Assembly (NCBI GenBank): GCA_030390025.1
Contig: JASTWF010000349.1
Span: 372,001-436,000, forward strand
Direction: 5' to 3'
Length of the DNA stretch: 64,000 nucleotides
From: Squalus acanthias
Lineage: Eukaryota
Shown: in pieces, positions 48,072 through 62,500 of the stretch
How positions within the stretch are numbered: position 1 is the first letter of the stretch
Layout of the letters: every line of letters starts with the position of its first letter
Made by a program: the position numbers and the translations under genes
Notes under the pieces: model-generated
Told to the model about the DNA's origin: nothing
The model's input: only the letters and a program-made list of their open reading frames with translations
Database searches by the model: none

Positions 48072-50033
48072 ACTGTCTGTACACTCTGGTCTTAGGGCAC
48101 ATTATGCAAGAGAGGTGGACACATCTGAGCAAGAATACTGAAGGCACAGTCAAAGAGAGGGTTTCGGATGAATTTAAAGAAGGGGCAGTCCCTGTGATTT
48201 TGGGAATGAGTTCCTGAGGGTGGGAGTATATAGATTGAATGGTGGGTCTTGTGTGGTGTGGGAGGGGCTGGCAGTAACCCAGAGTCGAAGGAATGAAGGC
48301 TGAGGGTTGGCACTGGAGAGGATTTCTGAGCTTGGGCTGGATTGGCTTGGGAGGGGTGGAGATTGGGAGAATGGCAAGGAGGGTATTTGAGAAACCAATC
48401 CTCGAGATGGTGAAGACTTGGATGAGAGTTTTGAGGTCAGGTTGTAAGCAATGTTGTGGAGGTGGAAGAAAGCAGTTTTTGAAACAGCCCAGATGTGGAG
48501 TGGAATGCTCAGCTCATGACTGAACAGAAGGGTGAGGTTCCACACCATTGGGTTCAGCCTGAGCAAGAGTCCAGCGAAGCGGGTTGAATTGGCACTGGAG
48601 ACATAAGGATGCTGATGAGAGCCAAACAGGATTGCTTGAGTTTTTGCCAACACTAAACTGCAGGAAATTAGAATCGTTCAAGCCTTGATATTGGGCAGGC
48701 TGTTCGATAGTACAGTCAACGGTGGGCACAGTTCACCTACATGTGTGGATGTTGTCAACAAAGGATAGCATGTAAATAATGAATGTGAGAACCAAGGGTG
48801 GAGGAGGAGAATTGAGTGGTCTGCAAGGTCCAAGGTGGCAGAGAGATGGAAGGCGAGCGAACTATAGTTGCTGTCATTGGTGCTGCCGGAAACCAAATTA
48901 GAAATATTTATAACAGCAAGTGGTGGCACACGTGAGCACTTTGGAGAGTCATAGTGGTACGTTCAAGGACCTTGGTGTGAAAGAGAAGGATTGGCATGCA
49001 GCTTATGAAGATAGAGAGGTAAAAACAGAAAATGCTGGAGATACTCAGCAGGTCAGGCAGCACCTGTGAAGAGAGAAACAGAGTTAACGTTTCAGGTTGA
49101 TGACCTTTCGTCAGAACTGGAAAAAAGCAGGAAATGGAACAAATTTTTAAGCAGGTGTAGGGGCTGGGAAAGGGGGGAGGGGATGAAAGAACAAAAGGGA
49201 AGGTCTGTGACAGGATAGAAGGCAGGAGAATTAAAGAGACATTAAGAGATATTCAAGACAAAAGGAGATGGTAATGGGACAGGTTAAGAAACAAAGGATG
49301 GCTCTAGATGAAGTGTAAATTGCGCTGGCAGAATGGAAGACAGCTGCCGTTGCTGCCTCGACCACCCTTTCAGGCAGTGAGTTCCAGATTCCAACCACCC
49401 TCTGGGTGAAAAAGTTTTTCCTCAAATCCCCTCTAAACCTCCTGCCCCTTACCTTGAAACTATGCCCCCTGGTTATTGACCCCTCTACTAAGGGGAAAAG
49501 TTCCTTTCTATCTCCCCTATCTATGCCCCTCATAATTTTGTACACCTCAATCAGGTCCCCCCTCAGCCTTCTCTGCTCTAAGGAAAACAACCCCAGCCTG
49601 TCCAGTCTCTTCATAGCTGAAGCGCTGCAGCCCAGGTAACATCCTGGTGAATCTCCTCTGCACCCTCTCCAATGCAGTCACATCCTACCTATAGTGTGGC
49701 AACCAGAACTGCACACAGTATTCCAGCTGTGGCCGAACTAGCGTTTTGTACAGCTCCATCATAACCTCCCTGCTCTTATATTCTATGCCTCGGCTAATGA
49801 AGGCAAGTATCCCATATGCCTTTTTAACCACCTTATCTACCTGTCCTGCTGCCTTCAGGGATCTATGTACAGTACATGCACACCAAGGTCCCTCTGATCC
49901 TCTGTCCTTCCTAGGGTCCTACCATTCATTGTGTATTCCCTTGCCTTGTTAGTCCTCCCAAAATGCATCACCTCACACTTTTCAGGGTTAAATTCCATTT
50001 GCCACTGTTCTGCCCATCTAACCAACCCATCTA
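48072..50033. repeat. 1.96-kb segment duplicated at 20548-22509 (L2 relic, PLE fragment and CR1 fragment)
   Basis: Identical ORFs at offset 27524 (20568/48092, 20650/48174, 21154/48678). Confidence 0.96.
49082..49118 (-). ncRNA. Minimal hammerhead ribozyme-like motif (second copy)
   Basis: Identical to 21558-21594. Confidence 0.65.
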
Positions 50034-50861
50034 CAGTATATGGACTGATGGGATTTAGCCAGAGCAGGAGTGGAAGGGGACATCTGCTCTAGCCTATGAC
50101 TCATGGATATAAGGTTATAAAGAGGTTGGGGTGGAGGATCATCAGTAGTTTGGAAGGGCCAATGGAAGTTTACGTTAGGCCAGAAGAGTGCTAGTTGAGA
50201 GACCGATTGATGAGAAGGGAGTTCAATATATTTTTATCCAGGGGCTGAAAAAGGTGAAGGAATAGGGTGGGCAGGGGAATGTGTGCAGGGTGAAGAGAAG
50301 TCATCAGAGATGGTCCTGTTGGTATGCTGACCTCGTTGATAGCAAGGTCGGGTGGGGGATGGAGGTGAGTGGAAGCATTCAGGTGGAGTATGAGATTCAG
50401 GAAAGAACCAAGAGTGAAGGAATCAGGAGGGACAATGAGTTAATATGTCCACGATTGGGGAGATGCTGAGTTGACTGGGGACAAAAGGGAAGAGTTCTTG
50501 GCGAGGAAAGCTCCAGGGATGGCAATCAATGAGGATTTTAGAGGAAAGCTACTCTTTGAAAAATCAGCGCTGAGTGAGTATGAAGATAGGCCAGCAGGCT
50601 TGGTTCATGGAGAGGTGTGGAAAGGGGCCGAGGAGCAGGAGGGTGGGGAGCGCTGGTCTGATGTAGCAGCCAGTATGTGTGCACAAGTGGACAAGGAACC
50701 ACATTAACTACAAGTTCTGAATCAGGAAATGAACTGAGTTAAAGTTAGAGCTCGATCAAAGCATGCAGGCTAAGGAGGTGGAATCACTGCAGGGCAGATT
50801 GAGCATCTCATTGGTTTGACAGATGTAATTAGAATTGAGGTCATGTATCTCAACATCAGTG

Positions 50862-52447
50862 CAGTGGCTGTTTGAGCTCCGGAGTCCAGAGGGCCCGGGT
50901 CAGTTTATCTGGGGGGGGACCAATGTTATCTCTAAATTTTCTTTGTGCAGGGTGGGCTATAAACCCCTCTGAGCGTCACTTTCTGTCCATGGGCAGTTTA
51001 CATTTTAAAACAGTAACCACTGAAAGCACATATACAACAATACAAGTAAATAAGGTTTATATTTATTGAACATGAGATGACTTACAATTACATTGTGCTG
51101 GAAATTTCTCCTGTCTGTCGTTCTCAGTTTACCAGTGATGGAAAATGTTGTCAAGGTTGGCGTCTCCATTTGCTGCGAGCTAGGATCTTATCCACATAAG
51201 ATGGTCCGGATGGGTAACTTCCAGTAAGTTGCGAGACCTGGTTTGATCTGATTCATTAACCTGAAGCCACGCTCGCAATCAGCACTGGAGGCTTGAAAGG
51301 TGCCACAAATATCAACAAACCCAGCCAAGTCTGTAAACCGCTGCTCTTTCAGGGTGTAAGTTACCATGTTGGCAAATGGGCTAATTGCACCTGCTTTCAG
51401 TTTTTCCACAACGATAAGTTTATAGTCTGTGTATGCTTGCAGATGCGATCGGTTATTGATCCATCGGTTTGCACTGGTAGATTCAAGACTACCTGGTACT
51501 TGTGAACGAGTTTACTTACATTTTCTGTGCCGTAATCAAATCTGGCTGAAACCAATGCTTCAATATGGAACGCAGACCACTCTTGCAGCTCATTCTCCGG
51601 AAATCGAGCATCTAAATGTTCACATAGTTTTGTAATGAAACCGAGAATACCTGTTGTATCGGCGGTATTGGCGAGAGACGCCATTTCTTGTTTCGCTTTC
51701 TCACTCCAGTGAGTTTTTTCTGAGGTACTGGGCATGCATGTTTTCAATTTTAGCCTTTGCCTAGCGATAGGCTTCAATGACACTGAAACTACTACTTTGA
51801 AAAATGTGGCACAGTTCAGACAATCCCCCAAAACATCTAGGAGTCAGTGCAATATGATACTGCGGATCTGTAAGCTTTTTGAGGCAGTACTTCACTATAG
51901 GATCATTACCATTGGCTTCCACCTTGCAGTAGTCTACCAGTACATTGTAATTTCTCAGAAGGGCAGTTACAGCAAATTTATGTGATAACCAGCGCACTTC
52001 ATTCAAAGGCCTGAATGATAATGCCTCAACTTTCAAAACACTGGCTAACTCAAACTTGGCTTTCTGAACAGATAATCTGCTAAATATTGCATATACAGTT
52101 TGTACTAGTGTTTCCACTTCTCTCATTATTGGTGCGTGTTTCCAAGCATCATCGATTCCCAGATCTTCTCTATGGGCAACCCAGTGTTGTTCTAGTAAGT
52201 GTGGTGTGTACTCTCTAAGCTGGGCAGCTATACCGTTACACCTACCCAGCATGACAGATGCGCCATCTGAAATCAGCACCACCATTCTCTGGATCCAGAT
52301 TGTGATCCATGTTGAATTGCTTGATAGCCTCTGTAATGTTCTGAGCATTATATGCAGTTAACTGGGTAATGCCAACATATACAGCCTTGTGGCTGACATC
52401 ATTCTTCTCTTTCAACTTGATGTACAGAGTTAACATTTTAATAAAAA
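50862..52447 (-). mobile_element. hAT transposase pseudogene (ZNF862-like group), C-terminal part
   Basis: ISDGASVMLG, EQHWVAHREDL (C/WxxH), VRWLS and ASSADCERGFRLMNQIK (dimerisation domain with the catalytic E); frameshifted. Confidence 0.88.
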
Positions 52448-55400
52448 CATAAGGAATAGAAGCAGGAGTAGGCCGTATGGCCCCTCGAGCCAGCTTTGCA
52501 ATTCAGTAAGATCATGGCTGATCTTTGACATCAACTCCACTTTCCCGCCCGACCCCCATACCCCTTGATTCCCCTCGAGTCCAAAAATCTATATCTCAGC
52601 CTTGTATATACTCAATGACAGAGCATCCACAGTAGAGAATTCCAAAGATTCACAACCCTCTGAGTGAAGAAATTCCTCCTCATCTCAGTCTTAAATGGCA
52701 GGCCCCTTATCCTGAGATTATGCCCCCTAGTTCTAGACTCTCCAGCCAGGGGAAGCAATCTTGGCATTTACCCTGTCAATCCCCTTCAGAATCTTGATGT
52801 TTCAATTCATTCTTCTAAACTCCAGAGAGTACAGGCCCATTCTACTGAGTCTTTCATCCTTCTTATCCCAGGAATCAATCTCATAGAATCATAGAATGGT
52901 TACAGCACAGAAGGGGTGGCCATTTGGCCCGTCGAGCCCGTGTCGGCTCTCTGCAAGAGCAATTCAGCTAGTCCCACTCCCCCGCCCTTTCCCCGTAGCC
53001 CTGCAAATTTCTTTCCTTCAGGTACTTACCCAATTCCCTTTTGAAAGCAACGATTGAGTCTGCCTCCGCCACCCTTTCAGGCAATGAATTCCAGATCCTA
53101 ACCACTTGCTGCGTAAAAAAGGTTTTTCTTGCGTTGCCTTTGGTTCTTCTGCCAATCACCTTAAATCTGTGTCCTTTGGTTCTCGACCCTTCTGCCAATG
53201 GGAACAGTTTCTCTCTATCTACTCTGTCCAGACCCCTCAAGATTTTGAACACCTCTATCAAATCTCCTCTCAACCTTCTCTGCTCTAAGGAGAACAACCC
53301 CAGCTTCTCCAGTCTATCCACGTAACTGAAGTCCCTTGTCCCTGGAACCATTCTCGTAAATCTTTTCTGCACCCTCTCTAAGGCCTTCACTTCCTTCCTA
53401 GAGTGCAGTGCTCAGAATTGGACAGATTACTGCAGTTGAGGCCGAACCAGTGTTTTATAAGGGTTCATCATAACTTCCTTGCTTTTGTACTCTATGCCTC
53501 TATTTATGAAGCCCAGGATCCCGTATGCTTTTTTAACCGCTTTCTCAACCTGCCCGACCACCTTCAACAATTTGTGCACATGTACCCCCAGGTCTGTCTG
53601 TTCATGCACCCCCTTTAGGATCGTACCCTTTAGTTTATATTGCCTCTCCACGTTCTTCCTACCAAAATGTATCACTTCGCACTTTTCTGCGTTAAATTTC
53701 ATCTGCCACTTGTCTGCCCATTCCACCAGCCTGTCTATGTCCTCTTGAAGTCTATCACTCTCCTCCTCACTGTTCACTATACTTCCAAGATTTGTCTCAT
53801 CTGCAAATTTTGAAATTGTGCCCTGTACACCCAAGTCCAGGTCATTAATATGTATCAAGAAAAGCAGCAGTCTCAATACCGACCCCTGGGGAACACCACT
53901 GTATACCTTCCTCCAGTCCGAAAAACAACCGTTCACCACTACTCTCTGTTTCCTGTCACTGAGCCAATTTCGGATCCATGCTGCCACTGACCCTTCTATT
54001 CCATGGGCTTCAACTTTGCTGGCAATCTGGTGAACCTTCATTGCACTGCCTCCAAGGCAAGTCTATCCTTCCTTAGATAAGGAGACCAAAACTGCACAGT
54101 ACTCCAGGTGTGGTCTCACCAAAGCCCTGTACAGTTGAAGCAAGGCTTCCTTACTCTTGTACTCTAACCTCCTCGCAATAAAGGCCAAAGTTCCATTTGC
54201 CTTCCTAGTTGCTTGCTTTACCTGCCTGCTAATTTTGTGTTTCTTGTACAAGGACACCCAAATCTCTCTGAACACCAACATTTAAAAAGTATTCTGTATT
54301 TCTATTCTTCCTACCAAAGTTCACATTTCCCCACATTATACTCCATCTGCTACCTTATTGCCCACTCACTTAACCTGTCTATATCCCTTTGCTGACTTTG
54401 TGTCCTCCTCGCAGTTTACTGTCCCACCTAGCTTTATATCGTCAGCAAACTTGGATACATTATACTCGGTCCCTTCATCTAAGTCATTAATAAGGATTAT
54501 AAGTAGCTGAGGCCCCAGCACTGACCCTTGCGGCGCTCCACTAGTTACAGCCTGCCATCCTGAAAATAACCCGTTTATCCCTACTCTCTGTTTTCTGTCC
54601 GTTAACCAATCCTCTATCCATGCTAATACATTACCTCCAACCCCATGAGCTCTTATCTTGAGTAACAACCTTTTATGTGGCACCTTATCGAATGCCTTTT
54701 GGAAATCCAAATATACTACATCCACTGGCTCCCCTTTATCTACCCTGCTAGTTACATCCTCAAAAGACTCTAATAAATTTGTCAAACATGATTTCCCTTT
54801 CATAAAACCATTTTGACTCTGCCTAATCATATTATGATTTTCTAAGTGCCCTTTTACCACTTCCTTAATAATGGATTCTAGCATTTTCCCGACAACCGAT
54901 GTCAGGCTAATTGGCCTGTAGTTCCCTGTTTTCTCTCTCCCTTCTTTCTTGAATAGCTGGGTTACATTTGCTACCTTCCAATCCACTGGGACCGTTCTAG
55001 AATCTTGGGAATTTTAGAAGATCACAACCAATGCATCCACTATCTCTGCAGTCACCTCTTTTAAAACCCTAGGATGCAGGCTATCAGGTCATGGGGATTT
55101 GTCAGCTTTCAGTCCCATTAGTTTCTCTAGTACTTTTTCTCTACTGATATTAATTACTTTAAGTTCCTCACTCTCATTAGCCCCTTGATTTCCCCACTAT
55201 TTTTGGTATGCATTTTATGTCTTCTATTGTGAAGACAGATACAAAACATTTGTTTAACATCTCTGCCATTTCCTTATTCGCCATTATATTTTCTCCTGTC
55301 TCAGCCTCTAAGGGACCAATGTTTACTTTTGCTTCTCTCTTCCTTTTTGTAAATTGTAGAAACTCTTGCAGTCTGTTTTTATATTTCTTGCTAGTTTACT

Positions 55401-58400
55401 CTTGTATTCTATTTTTTCCCTTTTTATCAATTTTTTGGTCATCCTTTGCTGGTTTCTAAAACTTTCCCAATCCTCAGTCTTACTACTATTCTTTGCAACT
55501 TTTTTAGTTTAAAGCCCTAGCTACAGCTCTAGTTATTCAATTCATCAGGACACTGGTCCCAGCCCAGTTTAAGTGGAGCCCGTCCCAACTGAACAGCTCC
55601 CTCTTTCCCCAGTACTGATGCCAGTGCCCCATGAAGTGAAACCCCCATCTCCCACACCACTCTCTGAGCCACGCATTTAACACTCTGATCTGCTTGACCC
55701 TATGCCAGTTTGCACGTGGCTCAGCTTGTAATTCAGAGATTCTTACCCTTGAGGTTCTACTTATTAATTTAGACCCTAGCTTCCTCAAACTCCCTCAGCA
55801 GAACCTCATTCTTAGTTCTACCTATGTCGTTGGTTCCTATGTGGACCATGACTACTGGATCCTCTCCCTCTCGCTTCCAAGTTCTTCGGCAGCCGTGAGG
55901 AGATATCCTTAACCCTGGCAACACAGCCTTCGGGACTCCCGCTCGTGGCTGCAGAGAACAGTATCTATCCCCTTGACTATACTGTCCCTTACCACTACCA
56001 CATTCCTTTTTTCTCCCCCCATTTGGATGGCCCCCTGTACCACGATGCCGTTGTCAGTTTGCGCATCCATCCTTTTTCTCATCCATACAGGCAGCAAGAA
56101 CCTCGTACCTGTTGGACAAGGGCTGAGGCTCCTCCATCACTACATCCTGGGTCCCCATATTTGCCTGACTCGCAGTCACACCCTCCTGTCCCTGACTAAC
56201 TCTAAAATACTACTTAACTTAAAGGGTGTGACTGCCTTTTGGAACTCTCCTCTTCCCTGATGCATCGCAATGTCTGCAGCTCGGACTCCAGCTCAACAAC
56301 TCTGAGCTGAAGTTCCTTGAGTTGCAGATACTTATCACAGATCTCACTGCTCTCCACAAACTCCCACATGCTGCAGTTACGACACACTACCTTTCCTGCT
56401 ATTTCTATCTAACCTTTTTATTTATTTAATTTATGCACAGGAATCATAGAATGGTTACAGCACGGAAGGAGGCCATTCAGCCCGTCGAGCCTGTGCCAGC
56501 TCTCTGCAAGAGCATTTCAGCTAGTCCCACTCCCCCGCCCTTTCCCCGTAGCCCTGCAAATTTCTTTCCTTCAGGTACTTACCCAATTCCCTTTTGAAAG
56601 CCACGATTGAGTCAGCCTCTACCACCCTTCCAGGCAGTGAATTCCAGATCCTAACCACTCGCTGCGTAAAAGTTTTTCCTCATGTCACCTTTGGTTCTTC
56701 TGCCAATCACCTTAAATCTGTGTCCTCTGGTTCTCGACCCTTCCACCAATGGGAACAGTTTCTCTCTATCTACTCTGTCCAGACCCCTCATGATTTTGAA
56801 CACCTCTATCAAATCTCCTCTCTGCTCCAAGGAGAACAACCCCAGCTTCTCCAGTCTGTCCACGTAACTGAAGTCCCTCATTCCTGGAATCATTCTCGTA
56901 AATCTTTTCTGCAGCTTCTCTAAGGCTTTCACATCCTTCCTAAAGTGTGTTGGCCAGAATTGGACACACTCCTCCAGTTGGGGCCAAACCAGTGTTTTAT
57001 ACAGGTTCATCATAATTTCCACACTTTTGTACTCTATGCCTCTATTTTGAAGCCCAGGATCCCGTAAGCCTTTTTAACTGCTATTTCAACCTGCCCTGCC
57101 ACCTTCAACGATTTATGCACACATACCCCCAGGTCTCTCTGTTCGTGCACCCCCTTCAGGATTGTACCATTTAGTTTATATTTCCTCTCCTCATTCTTTC
57201 TACCAAAATGTATCACTTCACACTTTTCTGCGTTAAATTTCCATCTGCCATGTGTCCGCCCATTTCACTAGCCTGTCTGTCTTCCTGAAGTCTATCACTC
57301 TCCTCCTCACTGTTCACTATACTCCCAAGTTTTGTGTCATCTGCAAATTTTGAAATTGTGCCCTGTACAATCTAGTCCAAGTCATTAATATATATCAAGA
57401 AAAGCAGTAGTCCTCGAACCGACCCCTGGGGAACACCACTGTATACCTTCCTCCAGTCCGAAAAACAACCGTTCACCACTACTCTCTGTTTCCTGCCCCT
57501 TAGCCAATTCCGTATCCATGCTGCCACTGTCCCTTTTATTCCATGGGCGTCAACTTTGCTGGCAAGCCTATTATGTGGCACTTTGTCGAATGCCTTTTGG
57601 AAATCCATGTACACTACATCAACCGCATTACCCTCATCAACTCTCTGTTACCTCATCAAAGAACTCAATCAAGTTAGTTTGCCTTTAACAAATCCGTGCT
57701 GGCTTTCCTTAATTAATCCAAGTGACTGTTAATTTTGTCCCTGATTACCGTTTCTAAAAGCTTTCCCACTACCGAGGTCAAACTGACTGGCCTACAGTTG
57801 CTGGGTTTATCTTTACAACCTTTTTTGAACAATGGTGTAACATCTGCAATTCTCCAGTCCTCTGGCACCACCCCTGTATCTAAGGAGGATTGGAATATTA
57901 TGGCCAGTACCTCCGCGATTTCCCCTCTCAATTCCCTTAGCATCCTAGGATGCATCCCATCTGCTCCTGGTGATTTATCTACTTTAAGTGCAGCCAGCCT
58001 TTCTAATACCTCCTCTTTATCAATTTATCATAGAATGGTTACAGCACAGAAGGATGCCATTCGGCCCATTGAGCCTGTGCCGACTCTCTGCAAGAGCACT
58101 TCAGCTAGTCCCACTCCCCCTCCCTTTCCCCGTAGCCCTGCAATTTTTTTCCTTCAGGTACTTATCCAATTCCCTTTTGAAAGCCACGACTGAGTCTGCC
58201 TCGACCACCCTTCCAGGCAATGAATTCCAGATCCTAACCACTCGCTGCGTAAAAAAGTTTTTCCTCATGTCGCCTTTGGTTCTTCTGCCAATCACTTTAA
58301 ATCTGTGTCCTCTGGTTCTCGACCCTTCCGCCAATGGGAACAGTTTCTCTCTATCTACTCTGTCCAGACCCCTCATGATTTTGAACACCTCTATCAAATC

Positions 58401-59302
58401 TCCACTCAACCTTCTCTGCTCTAAGGAGAATAACCCCAGCTTCTCCAGTCTGTCCATGTAACTGAAGTCCCTCATCCCTGGAACCATTCTTGTAAATCTT
58501 TTCTGCACCCTCTCTAAGGCCTTCACATTCTTCCTAAAGTGCGGTGTCCAGAATTGGACACAATACTGCAGTTGAGGCCGAACCAGTATTTTATAAAGGT
58601 TCATCATAACTTCCTTGCTTTTGTACTCTATGCCTCTATTTATGAAGCCCAGGATCCCGTATGCTTTTTTAACCACTTTCTCAACCTGCCCTGCCACCTT
58701 CAACGATTTGTGCACATGTACCCCCAGGTCGCTCTGTTCATGCACCCCCTTTAGAATTGTACCCTTTAGTTTATGTTGCCTCTCCTTGTTCTTCCTACCA
58801 AAATGTAACACTTTGCACTTTCCTGCGTTAAATTTCATCTGCCATGTGTCCACCCATTCCACCAGCCTGTCTATGTCCTCTTGAAGTCTATCACTCTCCT
58901 CCTCACTGTTCACTATACTTCCAAGTTTTGGGTCATCTGCAAATTTTAAAATTGTGCCCTGTACACCCAAGTCTAAGTCATTAATATATATCAAGAAAAG
59001 CAGTAGTCCTAATACCTTATCCTATCAAGTATCTCCACTACCTCCTCCTTTACTATGTCTATGGCAGCATCCTCTTCCTTGGTGAAGACAGATGCAAAGT
59101 ACTCGTTTAGTGCCTCAACCGGACCCTCTGCCTTCATGCATAGGTCTCCTTTTTGGTTCCTAATTGGCTCCACCCCTCCTCTTACAACCCATTTACTATT
59201 TATATGCCTACAGAAGACTTTTGGGTGACCTATTATATTGGCTGCTATTCTCCCTCTTTGCCCCTCTTATTTTCTGAACTTTGTTTATAAAGCCTGATTC
59301 TC
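52448..59302 (-). mobile_element. Stack of at least four nested CR1 copies, all on the minus strand
   Basis: 3' tails near 52448, 52882, 56441 and 58028; duplication CAATCT at 52876-52881 and 54023-54028; ORF1 relic at 55500-56410. Confidence 0.9.
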
Positions 59303-59518
59303 AGATGTCGGTGCTCTCATCAGCTATTAGCATATGAACTCCAGAACTGCGTACCTAGTTTTGGATTACCGAATGCCATTACTTAGTTTTGGATTACAGT
59401 GTTCATAGACTGTACAAACTCAAAGGCACAGTTCCTCTCCAACTGGAAGATTAACATATTTTGCTGCGTGGTCATTAATTTGCTACACCGACAACATGGA
59501 TCCGTTTATTTTTAAACG
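59303..59518 (-). mobile_element. hAT transposase upstream fragment carrying the first catalytic Asp
   Basis: Minus strand ATGCTAATAGCTGATGAGAGCACCGACATCT = MLIADESTDIS, which continues into VFIKMLTLYIKL at about 52448. Confidence 0.8.
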
Positions 59519-62500
59519 GTGCTGGGTGATGTACTGAGTGGAGTGTCCCAGGGATCGGTGCTGGGTGATGTACTGAGTGGAGTGTCCCAGGGATCAGTGC
59601 TGGGTGATGTACTGAGTGGAGTGTCCCAGGGATCAGTGCTGGCTGATGTACTGAGTGGAGTGTCCCAGGGATTGATCAGTGCTGGGAGATGTACTGAGTG
59701 GAGTGTCCCAGGGATTGATCGGTGCTGGGAGATGTACTGAGTGGAGTGTCCCTGGGATCGGTGCTCGGTGATGTACTGAGTGGAGTGTCCCAGGGATCGG
59801 TGCTGGGTGATGTACTGAGTGGAGTGTCCCAGGGATCGGTGCTGGGTGATGTACTGAGTGGAGTGTCCCAGGGATCGGTGCTGGGAGAGTTACTGAGTGG
59901 AGTGTCCCAGGGATTGGTGCTGGGTGATGTACTGAGTGGAGTGTCCCAGGGATCAGTGCTGGGGAGATGTACTGAGTGGAGTGTCCCTGGGATCGATGCT
60001 GGGAGATGTACTGAGTGGAGTGTCCCAGGGATCAGTGCTGGGAGATGTACTGAGTGGAGTGTCCCAGGGATCAGTGCTGGGTGATGTACTGAGTGGAGTG
60101 TCCCAGGGATCGGTGCTGGGAGATGTACTGAGTGGAGTGTCCCAGGGATCGGTGCTGGGAGATGTACTGAGTGGGTGTCCCAGGGATCGGTGCTGGGTGA
60201 TGTACTGAGTGGAGTGTCCCAGGGATCAGTGCTGGGAGAGTTACTGAGTGGGTGTCCCAGGGATTGGTGCTAGGAGATGTACTGAGTGGAGTGTCCTAGG
60301 GATTGATCGGTGCTGGGTGATGTACTGAGTGGAGTGTCCCAGGGATTGATCGGTGCTGGGAGATGTACTGAGTGGAGTGTCCTAGGGATTGATCGGTGCT
60401 GGGTGATGTACTGAGTGGAGTGTCCCAGGGATTGATCGGTGCTGGGTGATGTACTGAGTGGAGTGTCCCAGGGATTGATCGGTGCTGGGAGATGTACTGA
60501 GTGGAGTGTCCTAGGGATTGGTGCTGGGAGATGTACTGAGTGGAGTGTCCCAGGGATCAGTGCTGGGAGATGTACTGAGTGGAGTGTCCCAGGGATCGGT
60601 GCTGGGAGATATACTGAGTGGAGTGTCCCAGGGATCAGTGCTGGGAGATGTACTGAGTGGAGTGTCCTAGGGATTGGTGCTGGGAGATGTACTGAGTGGA
60701 GTGTCCTAGGGATTGGTGCTGGGAGATGTACTGAGTGGAGTGTCCCAGGGATCAGTGCTGGGAGATGTACTGAGTGGAGTGTCCCAGGGATCGGTGCTGG
60801 GAGATATACTGAGTGGAGTGTCCCAGGGATCGGTGCTGGGAGAGTTACTGAGTGGAGTGTCCCAGGGATCAGTGCTGGGAGAGTTACTGAGTGGGTGTCC
60901 CAGGGATTGGTGCTGGGGAGATGTACTGAGTGGGGTGTCCCAGGGATTGATCAGTGCTGGGTGATGTACTGAGTGGAGTGTCCCAGGGATTGATCAGTGC
61001 TGGGTGATGTACTGAGTGGAGTGTACCAGGGATTGATCGGTGCTGGGAGATGTACTGAGTGGAGTGTCCTAGGGATTGGTGCTGGGAGATGTACTGAGTG
61101 GAGTGTCCCAGGGATCGGTGCTGGGAGATATACTGAGTGGAGTGTCCCAGGGATCAGTGCTGGGTGATGTACTGAGTGGAGTGTTCTAGGGATTGGTGCT
61201 GGGAGATGTACTGAGTGGAGTGTCCCAGGGATCAGTGCTGGGTGATGTACTGAGTGGAGTGTCCCAGGGATCAGTGCTGGGAGATGTACTGAGTGGAGTG
61301 TTCTAGGGATTGGTGCTGGGAGATGTACTGAGTGGAGTGTCCCAGGGATCGGTGCTGGGTGATGTACTGAGTGGAGTGTCCCAGGGATCGGTGCTGGGTG
61401 ATGTACTGAGTGGAGTGTCCCAGGGATCGGTGCTGGGGAGATGTACTGAGTGGGGTGTCCCAGGGATCGGTGCTGGGTGATTTACTGAGTGGTGTGTCCC
61501 AGGGGTCAGTGCTGGGAGATGTACTGAGTGGAGTGTCCCAGGGATCGGTGCTGGGGAGATGTACTGAGTGGGGTGTCCCAGGGATTTATCGGTGCTGGGA
61601 GATGTACTGAGTGGGTGTCCCAGGGATCGGTGCTGGGAGATGTACTGAGTGGGTGTCCCAGGGATCGGTGCTGGGAGATGTACTGAGTGGGGTGTCCCAG
61701 GGATCGGTGCTGGGTGATGTACTGAGTGGGGTGTCCCAGGGATTTATCGGTGCTGGGAGATGTACTGAGTGGGGTGTCCCAGGGATTGGTGCTGGGAGAT
61801 GTACTGAGTGGGGTGTCCCAGGGATTTATCGGTGCTGGGAGATGTACTGAGTGGGGTGTCCCAGGGATCAGTGCTGGGAGATGTACTGAGTGGGTGTCCC
61901 AGGGATCGGTGCTGGGAGATGTACTGAGTGGGTGTCCCAGGGATCGGTGCTGGGGAGATGTACTGAATGTGGTGTCCCAGAGATCGGTGCTGGGAGATGT
62001 ACTGAGTGGGGTGTCCCAGAGATCGGTGCTGGGTGATGTACTGAGTGGGGTGTCCCAGGGATCGGTGCTGGCAGATGTACTGAGTGGAGTGTCCCAGGGA
62101 TCGGTGCTGGGAGATGTACTGAGTGGGGTGTCCCAGGGATCGGTGCTGGGAGATGTACTGAGTGGGGTGTCCCAGGGATCGGTGCTGGGGAGATGTACTG
62201 AGTGGGTGTCCCAGGGATCGGTGCTGGGGAGATGTACTGAGTGGAGTGTCCCTGGGATCGATGCTGGGAGATGTACTGAGTGGAGTGTCCCAGGGATCAG
62301 TGCTGGGAGATGTACTGAGTGGAGTGTCCCAGGGATCAGTGCTGGGTGATGTACTGAGTGGAGTGTCCCAGGGATCGGTGCTGGGAGATGTACTGAGTGG
62401 AGTGTCCCAGGGATTGGTGCTGGGAGATGTACTGAGTGGGTGTCCCAGGGATCGGTGCTGGGTGATGTACTGAGTGGAGTGTCCCAGGGATCAGTGCTGG

